A DNA stretch of 64,000 nt, taken from Isurus oxyrinchus. Taxonomy: Eukaryota. The stretch spans positions 682,001 through 746,000 of the forward strand of contig JANJGN010000151.1 of the NCBI GenBank assembly GCA_026770705.1. Reading direction: 5' to 3'. The position numbers were made by a program, and so were the translations under genes. The notes beneath the pieces are model-generated. The model had not been told where the DNA came from. It did not search any database and saw nothing but the letters and a program-made list of their open reading frames with translations. Positions within the stretch are counted from its first letter, which is position 1. Each line of letters starts with the position of its first letter. Shown here one piece after another: positions 61,872 to 64,000 of the stretch.

Positions 61872-63960
61872 AACATAGAAACATAGAAATAGGAGCTGGA
61901 CTAGGCCGTTCGGCCCTTCGATCTTGTTCCGCCATTCAATATTATCATGGTTGATCCTGGATCTAAACACCATATTCCCGCTTTCTGTCCATACCACTTA
62001 ATGCCACTAATATCCAAAAATATGTCGATTTTTTTCTTGAATATACTCAGTGACTCCATAGACTTCTTTGGTCGAGAATTCTACAGGTTGACCACCCTCT
62101 GAGTGAAGGAATCTTCCTCATTTCGGTCGCAAATGGCCTTCCCCGTATTCTGCTGTGGCCCCTGGTTCTAGACTCCCCAACCAAGGGAAACATCCTTCCT
62201 GCATCTAGTCTGTCTAGCGCTGTTAGAATTATATGTGTTTCAATCAGAACCCCTCTCATTCTTCTAAACTCTAGTGAATGCAGGCCCAGTTGAACCAATC
62301 TCTCCTCATACAACTGTCCTGCCATCCCCAGTATCAACCTCGTGAACATTCGCTCCACTCCCTCTACGGCAAATATATCTTTTCTTGCGTAGAGAGACCA
62401 AATCTGCACGCAATGCTCCTGGTGTGTTCTCACCAAGGCCCTTTGCAACTGCAGTAAAACATCCCTACTTCTGAAATCAAATCCACTTTAAATGAAGGCC
62501 AACATATCATTTGCCTTCCCAATTGCTGCACCTGTCTGTTTAGTTTCATTGGCTGGTGTACAACGACACCCAGACTCCTTCGTACACCCATATTTCCCAA
62601 TTTATCACCATTTATATAATGTTCTGACTTTCTGTTTTCACAGCGAAGCGTATAACTTTATATTTATCCACGTTATACTGCACTTGCCATGTGATTGCCG
62701 ACACAGAAAACTTGTCTAAATTGCCCTGAATCCCTCTTGCATGCTCCTCACATCTCACAGCCTCGTGCAGTTTTGTGTCGTCAGCAAACTTGGAAATATT
62801 GCATTTGGTTTCCTCATCCAAATTATCTATATATGTTGTGAATAACTGGGGCTCAAGCACTGATCGATGCGGTACACCACTAGTCAAGGCCTGCCACCGG
62901 GATAAAGACCCATTATTCCCACTGTCTGTTTCTGGTCTGTCAACCAATTCTCAGTCCAAGCCAGTATATTACCTCCAATCTCATGTGCTTTACTTTTGTC
63001 CACTAGCCTCTTAGGTGGGACCTTATTAAAATCTTCTTGAAATCCAAATACACCAGATCTAGTGGTTCTCCGTTATCTATCCTACTAAAAAACTCGAGTA
63101 GATTAGTTAAGCATGATTTCCCTTTCATAAACCGATGCTGATTTTGTCTAATCTCATTGATGCTTTCCAAGTGTTCAGTTATTTTATAACAGACTCTAGC
63201 ATTTTGCCCACAACTGATGTTAGGCTAACTGCTCTGTAATTATCTGTTTTTGCTCTCCTTCCTTTTTTTTAAAATAATAGGGTTACATTTGCCACCCCCA
63301 ATATGTAGGAACTGTTCCAGAGTCTATAGATTTTTGGAAGCTGACCACCTATGCATCCAATATTTCCAGCGCCACCTCCTTTAGACATCTGGGATGTGGA
63401 TTATCAGGCCCTGGGGATTTTCCAGATTTTAACCCCATTAATTTCTCCACCACAATGTTTTTCACTAATGCTGATTTCCTTCAATTCCTCGCTCTCACTG
63501 GGCCCGTGGTTCCCTAACATTTCTGGGAAATTATTTGTGTTGCCTTTTCTGAAGGCAGAACCAAAATATCTCTTCAATTTTTTTGCCATTTCTTTGTTCC
63601 CAATTATCGTTTCCCCCGTTTGTGAGTGTTTGTTTACTAATCATTTTCTCTTCCACATATTTATGGAGGCTTTTACAATCAATTTTTATGTTCCCTGCAA
63701 GTTTACTCTCGTACTACATTTTCCCCTTCTTGATCAGTCTTTTTTCCAGTTTTGCTGAATTCTAAACTACTTCCAACCCTCAGGATTGAAGCTTTTTCTG
63801 GAGATTTTTTATGTCTACTCGTTAGATCTAATACTATCCCTAATTTCTTTTGTAATCCATGGTTGAACCATCTTTCCCATATTATTTTTGCGCCAGACGG
63901 GAATGAATAATTTTTGTAATTCATGCATACGCTCCTTAAATATTAACCATTGCCGATCCA
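61872..63960 (-). mobile_element. CR1 LINE, decayed ORF2
   Basis: SKFADDTKL, RALVRTHQEHCVQIWS, (aacatag)n tail at 61872. Confidence 0.93.
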
Positions 63961-64000
63961 CTTTAATTTTAATTTCCACCATTCAGTTATCTTTCTTTGA

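Overview
Vertebrate genomic DNA, very likely from a cartilaginous fish (shark-type CR1/LINE, SINE and Penelope repeats, a NAR-TCR V segment and a shark-type GPR139/142-like receptor). The window is part of a T-cell receptor alpha/delta-type V-segment array. By manual translation I find about 21-22 V segments or relics in mixed orientation, most ending in a 23-bp-spacer recombination signal sequence (RSS). Nearly all are pseudogenes. Only two have an open leader plus V frame with a usable RSS (11367-11858 minus and 40623-41179 plus), and both are non-canonical: they lack Trp41, and the second also lacks Cys23. A NAR-TCR-type V pseudogene lies at 61166-61668. The only clearly intact conventional gene is a two-exon 329-aa class A GPCR (27302-29180). 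The rest is retroelement debris, degenerate satellites, CTCF-like motifs, several exon-like relics and three assembly gaps. I found no convincing D, J or C segment. Repeat boundaries are approximate and no database search was run.
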